DNA of 64,000 nt from positions 2,773,158 through 2,837,157 of the forward strand of contig BDGG01000003.1 in assembly GCA_001949185.1 (NCBI GenBank), given 5' to 3'. Positions 14,621-27,779 of the stretch are shown one piece after another. Both the position numbers and the translations under genes were made by a program. Below the pieces are notes generated by a model. It saw only the letters and a list, made by a program, of their open reading frames with translations. It did no database searches and had not been told where the DNA came from. The DNA is from Ramazzottius varieornatus. Its lineage: Eukaryota; Animalia; Tardigrada. How positions within the stretch are numbered: the first letter of the stretch is position 1; every line of letters starts with the position of its first letter.

Positions 14621-15513
14621 ATGTCTTCAGCAGAAAACACCCCCGAATTCCAGTTTCGCAAAGATGTGGAAATGAGTCCTGTTGCCCCTCGCGCGGAAGC
14701 CCTCAGCGGCGTCGAATCAGAAGACGTGGAGAATATCATGTCCGACAGTCCCCATGATGAAGCAACCGTTCCGGACTGCGACATTACAGTTGACGTTGCT
14801 CCCTTAGAGTCTCCAAAGCTAGCTGTGAAGCCCCTGAACGTCGAATCGGACGATAGTTTCGCGAATTCAGTCGTCGTTCTCGACACGAACCTTCTGGTAT
14901 CAGAAGAAGGCAGACGTTTCGTTGATTTGCTCAAGTTTGACACAACTATCTGTGCTCGAACGGTCTTCAAGCTTCCTTATGCAGTCCTTAGTGAGCTCGA
15001 TAGACTAAAGACGAAGAAGATTCGGGGCGAACTCGCAGAGCCAGCGCGAAGAGCTATCAGTGCTGCCAGGTAATATTTATTATTAATGCAATGGGTGTCA
15101 TCTTATGTTATGTCATGTAGTTACCCCTACATTACCCCTATGTTGTAAGATTACATTGTGTTCGGTTTGGCAGTTTCCTAAAGGATCGGTTGATGCAAGG
15201 CGACAAGCGCTTTGTCATTCAGAGCGCGATGGATGACAACATGAAGGGGAAGATCCGACTGGAGAACAACGATGACCGGATCCTCAACTGCTGCCTGCAG
15301 ACAATAGAGACCTGTGGTGGCAAGAAAGCAGTATATTTCGTAACTAACGATGTAAACCTGCAGTTAAAAGCTCGAGCTTGCGACATTCCTCCCTCGAGGA
15401 TCCTAGAGTCGCCGCAGTTAGTCGGGACTATCGAAATAATGAAGTCCTTCAAGGAACAGAACCGAGCTAAGCACCACCACTCGTTGCTTTTCCCAGCAAG
15501 AACCTCAGTATAA
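14621..15513 (+). CDS. Stand-alone PIN-domain protein (SWT1-like PIN), 2 exons (14621-15069, 15174-15513)
   Basis: VVLDTNLL, LPYAVLSELDRLK, NNDDRILNCC, FVTNDVNLQLKA: all four PIN acidic motifs of the SWT1/SMG-type PIN. Confidence 0.9.
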
Positions 15514-16227
15514 GCGTCGTCCGTGGGTGGTAAAGTGCAGTTGGGTCAAGTGCTCGGTAATGAAAGCCAGCTTGCATGAGACGCGCTACAATTTGAAGCA
15601 TTACAAAATTCTATCCTAGCCTTGCCACCACTTTTGTTATTTTTACTCTTTGGAGCTCGCGATATCATCACGTCACGAGCTTGCCAGCTTGTTACATCTT
15701 TGTTAGACACTCAGTTTATCCACATTGGAGTCTTATCGCCAGGAAAGCCAAATTTTCTTGGAGTGGCATGCATTCTTGTTGAAATGTGCTTACTTGACTC
15801 ACTGCAGCGATATTGAAACCTACGAACCGAGTGATTCTCGAAACGGGAAGTTGCAGAAATGGCCGCCATGTCGTCGGTTGAATGAGAATACCGGCATAAG
15901 TGCTTTAGGTTCTCGGAAAAATTACTTGGGGTAGTCGCTGCATCTCGTCGGTCTTAACGTACGAATGGTTAGTTAGGCTCTGTAGTAGGTAGAGAAATGG
16001 AAAAAAACCGACCGAGATCACCATGGTCACTTAGGTAAAGCTTCACTGACGTCGACTGTTGAGTACTTGTCCAGTGGGCAGTATTGCACCCTTCGCTCTA
16101 TCCATCCGCTATTATCGATGGCGTGTAATATTACCCACGAACTCGCAACATGATGCCTTGCTGTTCCGTGCATTACTTTGAGTTTGTATCAAATTATATC
16201 TGGAACTGATTGTAAGCATCAGGAAAG

Positions 16228-18438
16228 ATGTTCGGCAAGAAAGAACCTCGAAAGTCTTCGGTGAAAGGTCCTGCAGATAAAGCCAAGCTTGAACCGGAAA
16301 AGCAAGACAAGACTTCGAGTAACTCCGCCTTCCTTCCTTCGTTCGAGATAGAAAATTATACTTCATACTTAAATGTATTTTAAGTGATATTTGCATTACA
16401 GAGCTGTCAAAGGTTCCACTCCTGAAAAAGCTGGCCAAGTCTGACAACGGCCAAAAGCACGATACCAACGTGCCAGACTACTGCATACCGAATCCCGATG
16501 GACTCGGACCCGCAGTTCCGGGTCAAAATGATAGTACGTCCTTCATTAAACTATTGTTCTAAGTTGAATACTGATACATTAGCTTCATTGCCTGACTGTT
16601 CATTGTGACAAAATTTACCGTGCAGAATACCACCATACCAACCCAAAGTTGCCCAACATCATTTCAGCAACCAGTACGTGAAACTTAACTAGATAATCTT
16701 ATTTATGTTTGTTCGTTTCGTGATCGTCTTTTGGCCGTTTGGTAGGCATATTTGACTCGAAGAACTCAAAGACAGATATTGCCATCAAGAACCTGACAAG
16801 CTAACCATCCTCCCCACACACGTACTCACTCCATTCATCACCCAGTTTTACTAGTTCCTAGTTTATTCCCGTATTCCAGAACGTTGATTGACTGCATGTA
16901 GAGCATCTGCGGTCTCGTACCGCTCAAGCTTGGCAACTGTACCATGTGATAAAGCGAGTTCCTTGTGCGGATTTCGTCTGTTATGGTAGTACAAAATCCA
17001 ACTTGTGTTTCATTAATATTGCTGCTTTGACATGACGAACCACAGGGAAGGAATAACAGAAAGACATGGTGCTCCTGAAAAGATTTTCATGGTAAAACCC
17101 ATACGTTATTTGTGGTGTCAGCGAATGTAGGCATGAAATCTCTAACTTTTGAAACTATTGTCAAGAACCTCATCACCATCTGCTTGACTTCCGCGTCCCA
17201 TCTCTTCGAGCATATCCGATACCTTGAGCTGTACAGTAACCAGCTAAAAGTTGATCTGGAGAACCAGAATGCAGACATCTCTGACGACATTGCCAGCGCG
17301 ATGCTGATTATTTGGGAAGTGGATCGAGTAATGTCCCAAGGTCACTGGGAGAAACTGACATCGTACGTCGAAAGGTACTCCAGTACGTTTTCGCATCAAC
17401 GATATTTTCCTGTCTTATGTCCGATAATCCGATCGTTTTTTCGTGCTGAAATATGTGGGACGTCGTTAAACGACTTGAACATGATGGCTTTCCCAGGTGA
17501 CACACACCTACGGCCAATAACAAGGGAAAAGTGCGCCACTGGGAAAAACGTTGATGTTCAGTTCCTTTGCCGGCGTCCTACTCCTTATCCATATTTGAAT
17601 TAAACTATGATAATTTGAGTGATTTGAATTCAATTTTAATTTACTCTACAATATCATTTGTGAATATTCAGAGCACACTCCTCTACCGATTCTGGTGGTG
17701 GCTAACTTGAGCGAGACCGTTATGAACCGATCATCGGACTACGTTCGCCATCTGGTGCGCGACGTTCAGTGGTTCCTCACCGCATCTTTCGACCCTTCGC
17801 CATCGAAGCATCTGTGGAAAGCCGTATTGATGCGGAACAACCTCTTTCAACCCGCCTACTTCAAAGCCCACGTACATTGGCTGTATTCGAAAGCAAAACG
17901 CCGCCCAAAAGTCCAAATCCGTTCATACCTAGAAATCCGCATTCAAACATCAGAAAGAAGCACTACAGAGCGGTTGGAAGACGCAGACTATATTCCATAC
18001 AAAACCCAAGATTCTGAACATGCTAAAGCGAGGTTCTTGGACACGCCCGACTTCCGGAAACTTCAATGGTACAGCGGACTGGACGGTGACCATTTCCTGG
18101 CTGACTTCAGCAACAGCCAACTCACCAATATGCACGTTGCGGAGTTCGAGGCTCTGATGAACGATCTGAGTACTTCAGTACAGAAAGCCGAACAACAGGC
18201 AGGTCGACAAGAGTGGCAGTGCGGGGAAGTGACCAACGGGTTTGCCAAGTACATAATCTGCCACCCGGAAGCTTCATCGGACTATGTCGTGAATCTACCA
18301 AAGCCTCTTCGTGCCTGGGAAGTGACGCTTTTAATCACACAAGCTGTTCCACGAATGCGGAAAACCGGGCATTCCTCTATAGTACATCCGGAAGAAATGC
18401 AACCACTAAGCGACACCGGAAGAGTTCAAACTGTATGA
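16228..18438 (+). CDS. Multi-exon orphan gene with one in-frame TAA (16802-16804); possible pseudogene
   Basis: Phase-consistent exon chain MFGKKEPRK.../KLSKVP.../KYHHTN.../SIFDSK...NLTS*PSSPHT/ASAVSY.../EGITERHG.../NLITICL..., plus a long terminal ORF 17695-18438. Last junction uncertain. No family recognised. Confidence 0.55.
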
Positions 18439-18458
18439 ATCACAATGTTTTCAGAGTA

Positions 18459-19927
18459 TTACGAGTTTCCTTTTGGAAAGTTTTGTACCATCACCATTTT
18501 GACTAGCATCTCTTTCATGCGTTCTTTGTCGAGTGCGAGTACGTGGCGCACCTGGTTCTTACCGTCAGATGATCTGCCGTAAAATCTCTTGTCGACGACG
18601 CACTGACCTCGTGTCAGCCTGCCGGCCAGTTCGACTTCCGTCGACCATACGCAGAACTTTGCGCAGATTTCCGGGTTCAAGAAGAGCGCCATCACCCATT
18701 CATCGCACAGGATGAAACCCGATTCCTGGTCGTAACCGGGAAGGCTGGCGTCCATGCTGCTTAGAATTCTGTTGTTAATGTTGCGAATAAATCGTCCTTG
18801 TGGTGTGTCTCTTGAGTACAGACTCTCTTTCATCCAAGACTAAAAAGTGAGAAAACAAAACAAATAACACCAACAATAAGCGGTCCAATGAGATTTGTAG
18901 ACTTACGTATTTGAACCTGTTTTCCATCAACGAACACGTTTCCCAGCCCAACATTATAACTTCACACGAGCAGTTGCTCAGTACAATGCTAGCGGCTTCC
19001 GGATCGTGGTAGAAGTTAAACTCAGCAGCTGCAGTATCGTTACCTTCGCCTAAAGAACCAAAGTGCAAGTTACCAAACCATAAAATACCAAAGATGAAAG
19101 AGGATCACAACGCATTACGTCATCACTTACCGGCATGGTTTCCGCCCATGATGTAAACGGACTTCAACAGCCGTGTGAAGTCAGGATCGATCTTAATCGC
19201 GATGGCCAGGTTTGTCAATGGTGCCAGACAGATGACGCTGACTTCTCCCGGATACTTCTTGGTGAACTGCGAGATGACAGTTGTGGCGTGTTCAAGTTGC
19301 AGCATGGAGATGTCGACCGGTCCGACGTCGAGGATATCAGGTGGACAGTCACCCAACCCATCTTCCCCATGGTACGGCTCTCCAAACTTGATGTTCCCGA
19401 TGATTGGAGCTTTACAGCCTGCATACACCGGGATCTGTGAACAGATACAGCTGAGGGACAGAACTGTAGTTTTTAGGGCCGGCAGCAAGCGTCTGTTCCT
19501 TGCAATAAAGGTCAGACACAAAAGCTAAGCATCTCCTTTTACCGCGATGACTTACATCTAAACGTTGAGCAACGGTGAGGACCTTCAAGACGTTCGAGCA
19601 TACTAGAAATAAGCTGAAAATTAGTCTGAGCTAACAATTTAGCGGAGCGGTACAGACGTCATCGCGGCTCCAGCGCTCGCTGGTTGCGCCTAAGCGGCGG
19701 ATGACATCACGCGTCGACTCGATAATCATAACACGAGTAGCAAGTTAAGGAATATCACCATTCTCCAACAAAGTGTTGCCTCCGACGCATGTTATGGCGA
19801 GTATTTCTGCCGAAGGATCGGCGAGAGCTAGAAAAATAGCTTGAGCATCATCTATTCCGACATCGGTGTCGATAATAATTTTCCGCCTAAGGCCAAGAGC
19901 GGAAGACGATGAGCGATTGTCCTCCAT
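18459..19927 (-). CDS. Inosine-uridine preferring nucleoside hydrolase (IUNH family)
   Basis: IIIDTDVGIDDA (DxDxxxDD Ca-binding motif), HGEDGLG, LAPLTNLA, IMGG, AEFNFYHDPEAA, LCDE, TRGQCVVD. Confidence 0.93.
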
Positions 19928-20768
19928 CACGACTGGCTTCGTCTTCTTCACAACAAATCTCAGATGCTACAAAAATATCGGCAGAACCAACATGCACCTA
20001 TAAAAAGTCCGGAAATTATGATGTGAATTGCGAAGAGATAGCAGCTCAGACTGGTCGCTGCTCACGGGGTATCGCTGATAAGGCCTATCGCATCCGATAA
20101 ACCGTGATAACCGGCTCCAATCGGAAGTGCATCCCTCACAACATGTCTGGTAGAACATCCCATCCACCTAGGGTTTCGGACGTACAGTGAAAGGATCTGT
20201 TGAAGTTCACACGAATGCGCAGTTCGCTGTGGAGTGGAAAAGATGAAATGAAACGGAAGTCTGATACACCGGCAGTCCGGCACTTCCAAAACGGCAAGTT
20301 GTTGAACAGTTTTCCTGTTTGTCTTACTTCAGTCATTTGTATGACATTACCAAACGTTGACATTACTTGATGACCATATAAAGTCAAGAGTCAGGCACTC
20401 AAGTGTTGTCGGGCTCGTGAGCAGTGACCGCCATCAGGTCAACCGTCCCGCAGAATCAGAAAGACGAGTATGGAGCAACTTTCTTTACGCAACAAGAATC
20501 AATATACACCTTGGATCGCAACTCTGGTATTGGTTATGCATTTTGAACATAAAGCAAGAGTAGGTCCAGCTGTTCAAGAGGAGAGGAACCAGCTGGATCG
20601 CGGGTCTGAAGTCTCGAATGGATAAAACTTCAGGTCGTATTTCTGGATTGTAAAACCATCATAACAAGGTCCGTATAGTCAGTAAACAACAATGATCAAG
20701 TAGTGGTAAACGGTAATGAGTAAGTAATGAAACAAGACAACCATCAAGAGCTCCAGTTAGAGGTTTCC

Positions 20769-23329
20769 TCATGGTCCTTCCATCTTTGGACGTTTCCGAG
20801 CTCTTTCCGCAATGTCAATCTCCGCAACCTGTGCAGGAGTCTGAAAGATCGTTTTCGGTTGTGTCTTCGAGTACGCCGGTGAGACCCAGTAAGGATCATT
20901 CTTGGCTGCTTCCGCATGTCGCAGTAGAGCGTCCCTCGGGTTGATATCTTCATCGGGCAGCTTCTGCGCGTAACCCAGTTTCCTCACGAGGTAGGAAGAG
21001 ATGGTTCCACCAGCTTGTCCCACTCGACCTCCAGCACCAGGTCCCGTCATGGGCAGTTCCGGTTTGCGGGATTTCACGGGATCCTTCCTAGCTCTTTCGA
21101 ACTGGGCTTGCTTGCTCCGCTGCTTCTCCTCCTTAAACATCGGCAGTGCGAAGGGTGTGATGATGTAGTCAGCGGTCACTGCGTCAGTCAGCTTGGCTCG
21201 TCTCTTCTTTGATGTCCGGCACAGGAGCGCTCCGTTGTGAGACATGTTGGGATCGAAGAAAACCTTCACCTGTCCTTCGGCTACAACAAGAAACAAACTC
21301 TTCGTAAACCAGGAGATCACTTTTCTCAGTTTAAATAATATTCAGGAGGTCGGCAGATGATTTCACCGAGATGGTTGCATGAACTGGCGCAGGCTTTCGG
21401 TATCATTGGCTAAGAGCGTGCGGCACCTGAGAAACGATCTGGGTGAGTTCATTTGCCGACCTCCCATTTCACCTTTCCGTTTCACTCAGGGGATATTTCA
21501 ATAACATTTTCTGAAATTCTTGGTGCGTCATTTCAGGTGAACAACCGGAAATTTTTTCCCTACCTGTGCTGGCGAAGATCTGGTTGAGTTTCGGATGCCA
21601 AGCGATCCTAATGATGCTTTCGGTGACGACCGCAAGCTCCTTGATGAGTTGCCAGGTCGCTCTGTCATAGATGACCAATTTACTCTGTCCTGCGTCTTTC
21701 CTGACAGAGGTCCCAGTGATCACGAGCTTGTCGTTCGGACTGAATAAACAGTCCGTTTGAGGATACAAACAGGGAAGTCCAGTGGCCTCAAAGACAACCT
21801 TCTTGGGCGTAGCCAGATCCCAAAGCCTCAAAGCTCCATCCAGTCCTCTCGAACAGATCATCTTCCCGTCGTAGGAGAAACAAACGGAAGTGACGCAGTG
21901 CTCGTTCTTTCCTACACTTTGATGAGCGGACCTACAAGCACAGAAATTAGAAACCAAGTTAGAGTAGCTGAATATCATCTTTGATTATGCTGATACCTTA
22001 TAAGTTTTGCTGGAGCGACGAAGCTGGTCTTTGTCAAATCGTACACTTGGATCGAGCCATCTTGACATCCAGCCGCGATGAATTTCCCGTCTTTACTGTA
22101 GGTACATGTCGAAGGTCTTGTCGGTAGTCCATTGGCAGCTTTCATCTTGATGCAGTACTTGTGCTTCTCTTTGTCATCCGTTGTCCAGATGCGGACACTT
22201 CCGTCATCTGAACAGCTCATGAACTCGTTCTTGACTTTCGGACTGAAGGCACCGCCGTTCACCGTTGAAATATGTCCCTGCAAGCATGAAACTAAAGATT
22301 AGAGTGAGCTCCACAGTTATTCGATACACAATTTATACCTTTGTTGCAACCATGTCTTTGATATACTGGAAACCTTTAGGACATTCGAGTACATTGTATC
22401 CTTCTCGGTCAATGATCTTAGGCTGTGCGTTACCTGAGCACACTAGTATTTGCTCACCGCCATTGCTGAAACTGAGGTTGTTGATGGTGTGGGCTTCACA
22501 TGGTCGGCACGTGCGGAATGGGTTTAAGTTAGCCTGCATACCCCCAAAGTCCCATAGCTTCACTTCGAAATCAGTACTTCCGGTGACGAACCTAGCACCT
22601 GCTGGATCAAGTGTCAGGGCTGTCACAGCCTTCTCCCCATGTTCGAATGTGAGATCGTAGGCGCAAGGTACTTTCCATTCATCTTTCGTGCCGTCGTTCT
22701 TATCTTCTCCTTCATTATCATCGTCCTCATCGGTGTCGTTCCCTTCCTCCTCCGCACTTGGCAGTCCGGAGTCTTTTGGCTCACTTGGCCCAGTTTCAAT
22801 TGACGACGCTGGGGGCAGGGTGGGCCCTGAGGCGGCTTTGGGAGGTAGAGGGAATTTCTGGTAAGCTGGTCGAGATGGAATGCTTTGAACACCGTCGTCA
22901 TCGTCGTCAGATTCTTGTCGAATGGCCTGTTCTCGTGCAGTCTGAACCATGGCCTCGATGTCAAAATTCCTAGCTTTGCGAGAGTTTCCGGAAGCGAAAC
23001 CAGCAAAACCCATGACTCTGGCCATGGCTTCTGCTTCGTCAGCCCCAGCGGAAGATGTCGTGTTAGGACGAGATGTCAAGGAGACTGGCCTGTCTAGCGC
23101 ATTCGCGCTCGTTGTAACGCTTCGAGCAGCTGTTGCGGCTTGACGGTCGTAATGACGGATTGTATCATCATCGTCATCGGAATCGGCATCTCGGTTATTA
23201 TTCTTTCTCCCACCTGAAGTACAGAGGTTGTGTCTGATACATATGGAAGACTCAATCGTGGATAGAGCTATCCATCTCACCTGAACTGCGTAGGCGCAGG
23301 CTGCGCATCTCCTCCAAATCCTCGTCCAT
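20769..23329 (-). CDS. WDR70: WD repeat protein 70 (gad-1-like)
   Basis: MARVMGFAGF motif, HGEKAVTALTLDPAGARFVTGSTDFEVKLWDFGGM, ECPKGFQYIKDMVATKGH, C-terminal RKDPVKSRKPELP...GRVG and NPRDALLRHAEAAKNDPYWVSPAYSKTQP. Confidence 0.95.
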
Positions 23330-23779
23330 CTTCAGCAATCTTTAAGGTTCCGACACCCCGTATGGAAGAAATTGTCTCTTAGCGCTCCCCGGATCCACAG
23401 TCACGATAACTAACGTAGCAGACACGCTCAGGAACGGAAACTGGCGAGTGGAGACGGAGGGAGAATGCCGGAAGTGAACGGAAATTTCGAAACCACAACA
23501 ATGGAACGTCTTGGATTAAGAGTTTGCGATAATCCACGATGGCACACAAAGAAGGTGTGGCAAGGTCGGAGTGCTAACATAAATTACAAGACTCGTTTAG
23601 ACCGTTCTCGTTAACGAAGCAGGCAGCCATTCCTGTAGGCTCATAGCTGACTATAGTACAAGCAGTCGCAATTCCGGTATCCAAACCCGCTTGCTAGTTG
23701 GAATTTTGCGAGAGCTCCGCCCAGAAGGCTGGCCTTCCAGCGGAGCTTTAAAACGAATCAGACCACTTGAGTCATCGTA

Positions 23780-23981
23780 CAGTGTAGGCAAATAAGGTAC
23801 TCTAAAAGGGGGCAAGGCCAAAATCGACGTGACGCAGAAAGCAAACAGCTGATCAAGCTGCAGTCCAGAGACGTGAACTGCCGCTTGATCTGCTGATTAC
23901 TTCGAGCCGGAGTGTCTACGCCACTTGTCGAAAACTCGATCTTGGCCCTCCCCCTTTTAGAGTACCTTATTTGCCTACACT
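23780..23981. mobile_element. MITE (~200 bp), Tc1/mariner-like ends
   Basis: TIRs CAGTGTAGGCAAATAAGGTACTCTAAAAGGGG / CCCCTTTTAGAGTACCTTATTTGCCTACACT; TA on the left flank. Confidence 0.85.
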
Positions 23982-24470
23982 AGTTCGACTCAAAGCTGGC
24001 GTTTACCTAAATTTGGGCCGTTTGTTTAGCTAAACGGACGTTGGGATTGATCAAGCTCACCAAACAGACCCCGCCCACTCAGTTTAGCTAAACGGATTGA
24101 AATCGTCCATTTAGCTAAACGGAGCCTGTTAATCGCCTCAGTGACGTCGGCATCGAGCGCGAAAATTTCAAACGGTCAAACAGACCAGCTGCCTACGGTT
24201 CACTCGACTAGGCATCTGAAGGAGACAAACTGTAAACACACTAAAGTGAAAGGTATAAATAATGAAGAATACTCCGCTCAAAAAATTTCCCTTTTACGGT
24301 TCTGACGTCACAGCCTTTTCTACTTCATTTGGTGTGTTAGACTGTGAGTGATTATTTCGGTACTCAGACCTGAAATTTCAATTGATCACCCGATTGGTTG
24401 ATTTACTTAAACAAACGCCGTTTTTAAACGACTGCTTTTACGTAAACGCCAGCTTTGAGTCGAGCTACTG
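23978..24470. mobile_element. MITE (~490 bp) abutting or overlapping the previous MITE
   Basis: TIRs CACTAGTTCGACTCAAAGCTGGCGTTTAC / GTAAACGCCAGCTTTGAGTCGAGCTACTG, TA at both flanks, three internal TTTAGCTAAA palindromes. Confidence 0.8.
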
Positions 24471-24886
24471 TAGAAAGCTGTTCAGGCATTCCAAAGCCCT
24501 TAAATTGGGGCAAACTATGGCATAGCGGAAGATCAAAGAGAAATTTCTTGGCACCGAAAGTGGTCCCTACCATTAGTCATCTGCTGTACGTACAGGCATA
24601 GTGCATTATTATGCCCTGTTGATCGTGCAATGCCGTCAAGTGGCATTATCAACAGGGTTATCAATCCCGTACTACTTAATACGCCAAAATCTTTGAATGA
24701 TTAGTACAGAATTGATTGATTAAATCCGAAATTACGACTCATGACTCATCAAAAACTTGGAAAAATTCGTCAAAAAATTAGAAAAATCAGACAAAATCCG
24801 GTAATCATCCTGAGTAAAGGATCGTGCTGTCTGGAGCTCGAGCTTCCTGTGATGAGTTTGCGATTTAGAGTCCCTTGGGTATTTGC

Positions 24887-27779
24887 ATGTTGCTTCGGCA
24901 ATCTCTTGCTCTGAGCTCCCGATACATAATCGTCCGATCTTCAAGAAGGGCAATGTCGGACATTGTCGCTGAAGTTCTGGGTGCTTGCAACACTTCGATT
25001 CCGACTGGTGCGCATATCATCTCTCGCAGCACTTCCGGCCAGACCGATGCCGCAAACGGGAACACCTCGTCCCTCGCGCAGCCGTCCTTCATTGTCCATT
25101 CAACATGGAGCCAACGGGACCTCGTCCGCATGGAGAAGCGGACAACAGAGAAGATGCTTCTCCTCACAGCCACCAGCGACAAGGCTTCTTCGCTTCATTT
25201 GGGGATCGGATGCGATGTGACTGACGCGTGAGAACTTTCTTTATCGTATCGCAATCATCTGCTGTTTGACTAGCTTTTTGTCTCTTCTTTAGGAAAGCGG
25301 TAGCGTACTCCTTGGATGGATCTGTCAAAGCAGTCTTCACGAAGTTCAAGCCAAAGAAGGCAGAGGAAGAGAAGGAAGTCATCGAAGTGCACAGCGTCGC
25401 TGGTAAAGTTGCCACCAACGACCTGGCTGCTTCCAAGCGACATGGAAAGCTTTACATGGATGGTAAGATTATTTCCTCTATAGGATGACATCCTGGTACA
25501 TATTTGGCGTGTTTTTCAGGGGAGTTCGGATCGTTCGAACTTTCAAATTCAGCCGACAGCACGCACATTCTCTACGTCGCAGAGAAATATCGTCCAAAGT
25601 CCGAATCCTTTTTCTCCGTTATGGCTAATAAGTTTCCCGAAGATCCTGCCATGTCCGATACAAACATCGTAAGCTATAATCTGCGGTTAAAGATAACGGA
25701 TAGCGTCCTCAAGGTGTTTGAATCAGACACATTTCTGGAGGTTTACAGGGAACGGAATACGTGTACAGAGACGATTGGGGCGAACAGTTGCAAAAGAAAC
25801 ATCAGCCAGTAATGTGTGTCTTGGATTGGACCGACAACCACGTCAGCGTACTAGACAATATTCCACCAAATATAAGTCCAGGACAGGTATTTAGAGAACG
25901 AATATCCCAGAAGTGAGCTCACTCTTAATTGGATGTGTTCTCCTTGCAGCCAGTATGGACGCCTGACGGTAGCGGTATCGTTTTTGTGGGATACGATCAT
26001 CTTCCTGAACGTCTCGGTCTCGTTTACTGCCCAGTTCGTAAGAGCCGCTTGTACCACTTGGTGGTCGGGGAATCCAAGATGGCCTTACCGCTAACGTTCG
26101 AAGACCAGGCTGCGCGGTGTCCGCGGTTTAGTCCGGACGGACGAACTTTAGTCTACATTGAAACAGAAGTTGGAGGTCCCCACTTCAGAGCCATGCGTCT
26201 AATGAAGGTACAGAATCCAGAGTACTCCAATAGATAGAATTTAAATGGATTAGTTCGGTTTCTCTCCATTAGATTGCATGGAATCAGCAATATGCATCGA
26301 ACCCGGAAGTTGTTATTTCCGTCCCGAAAGAATCGCCAACTAAACCGGACGACTTCCCCGGCTTTTACAACAACGCTCTACCAAAGCGATGCTGGGCATC
26401 AGATAACAAGAGAGTGGTATGCAGCACTGCTTGGAGAAGTACTCACCAGATCATTGTTGTGAACACTGAAACCAAGCAAATTACCCCCATCACCCAGTCT
26501 CTGCAGTCCACCCTCCCCAAATGGGACTTACTAGACGTACATGACGATATTATAGTCGCTGCGGCGTCCTCCCCGAACATCCTGCCGAGACTGTACGCTG
26601 CGAAGCTTCCTCCAGGCGGCCGAGATTCTGAGATACAGTGGGTGTTAGTGGATGAAGGAGCGGGTGCTGATAAGAACTTAGAGAAGGAAGCGGCACTGAC
26701 TGAATGGGGAATCGAAGTCATCAAGGATAAGGTAAGGCTCTGTCCACTCGACATATGAGAAGTACGGTTTGGGAAGGGTACGTTTTACAGAGGTCCGGTT
26801 TGGACTACGAAGCTATCTGGCATAAGCCCTCAACGCGACACAAACCATTAGGCGTCATCTTATGGCCACACGGTGGTCCGCATTCTGTGATTCCTGCTGG
26901 CTTCGATATCTACGCAAACGCTTTAGTCAGGCTAGACTACGCTGTGATTTTCGGTATAGAATTATTCTAAGGGTAGATTCGATTGTTTCACTGTTGGGAA
27001 TTATCGGTGACAACAATGGCCTGCCTTGCATCTGCAGTGAACTACCGAGGTTCGGTCGGGTTCGGAGAGAAGAACCTCCGGTCGCTGCTAGGTAAGATTG
27101 GTGAGAACGACGTGGAGGACTGTTTCCGCGCACTGGATGTCATGCTGGGCAAATGGAAGCTCAGCATGGAGGAGACGGACATCCTGGTACAAGGCGGCTC
27201 GCACGGTGGTTTTCTGGCCGCTCATCTGATCGGACAGTTTTCCCATGTGTTCAAAGCTTGCGCTCTCCGAAATCCGGTGGTTAATATCGCCAGTAAGTTC
27301 GGGACGACTGACATTCCCGACTGGGCGTATGAAGAATCTGGACTTCGGTATCCATACGACTCACCACCGACTGTCCCTCCTTATATGGAGTTCCTCAAAC
27401 GATCCCCGATCGTCCACGTAGACAAAGTAATGAGTGAGCCAAGGCTTTATGAATTGGCTCGGTATAGCAGATCATTTTGCAGGTGAGGACGCCCACGATT
27501 ATCATGCTCGGTGAGAAAGACCGAAGGGTTCCTCCCGGACAAGGCATGGAGTTTTATCGGTAAGTGGATTCTTCGAATGTCGTCAAAACTTCTGCTTGAC
27601 CGTGTGTGGTTAATGGGTCACTGTGTTGCAGAGCTCTGAAGCTGCGAAATATTCCGACCAAGGTTCTGAGGTACCCCGAGTGTGACCATCCCATTGCGGA
27701 GGTGGACTGCGAGGCTGATTCTTTTGTACAGATGGTGCATTGGTTCAGACAGTATAGCACGGTGAAGAACGAAGAATAA
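24887..27779 (+). CDS. APEH: Acylamino-acid-releasing enzyme (S9C peptidase)
   Basis: DWGEQ motif, LGLVYCPVRKSRLY, ARCPRFSPDG, GGPH, WPHGGPHS, VNYRGSVGFG, catalytic GGSHGG, NPVVNIAS...TDIPDW, DRRVP (Asp), DHPI (His). Confidence 0.95.

Noticed and set aside
23460-23490. ETS-like CCGGAAGT and scattered TGACGTCA motifs near gene starts
   Set aside because: Plausible housekeeping promoter motifs but too short to call without TSS data.
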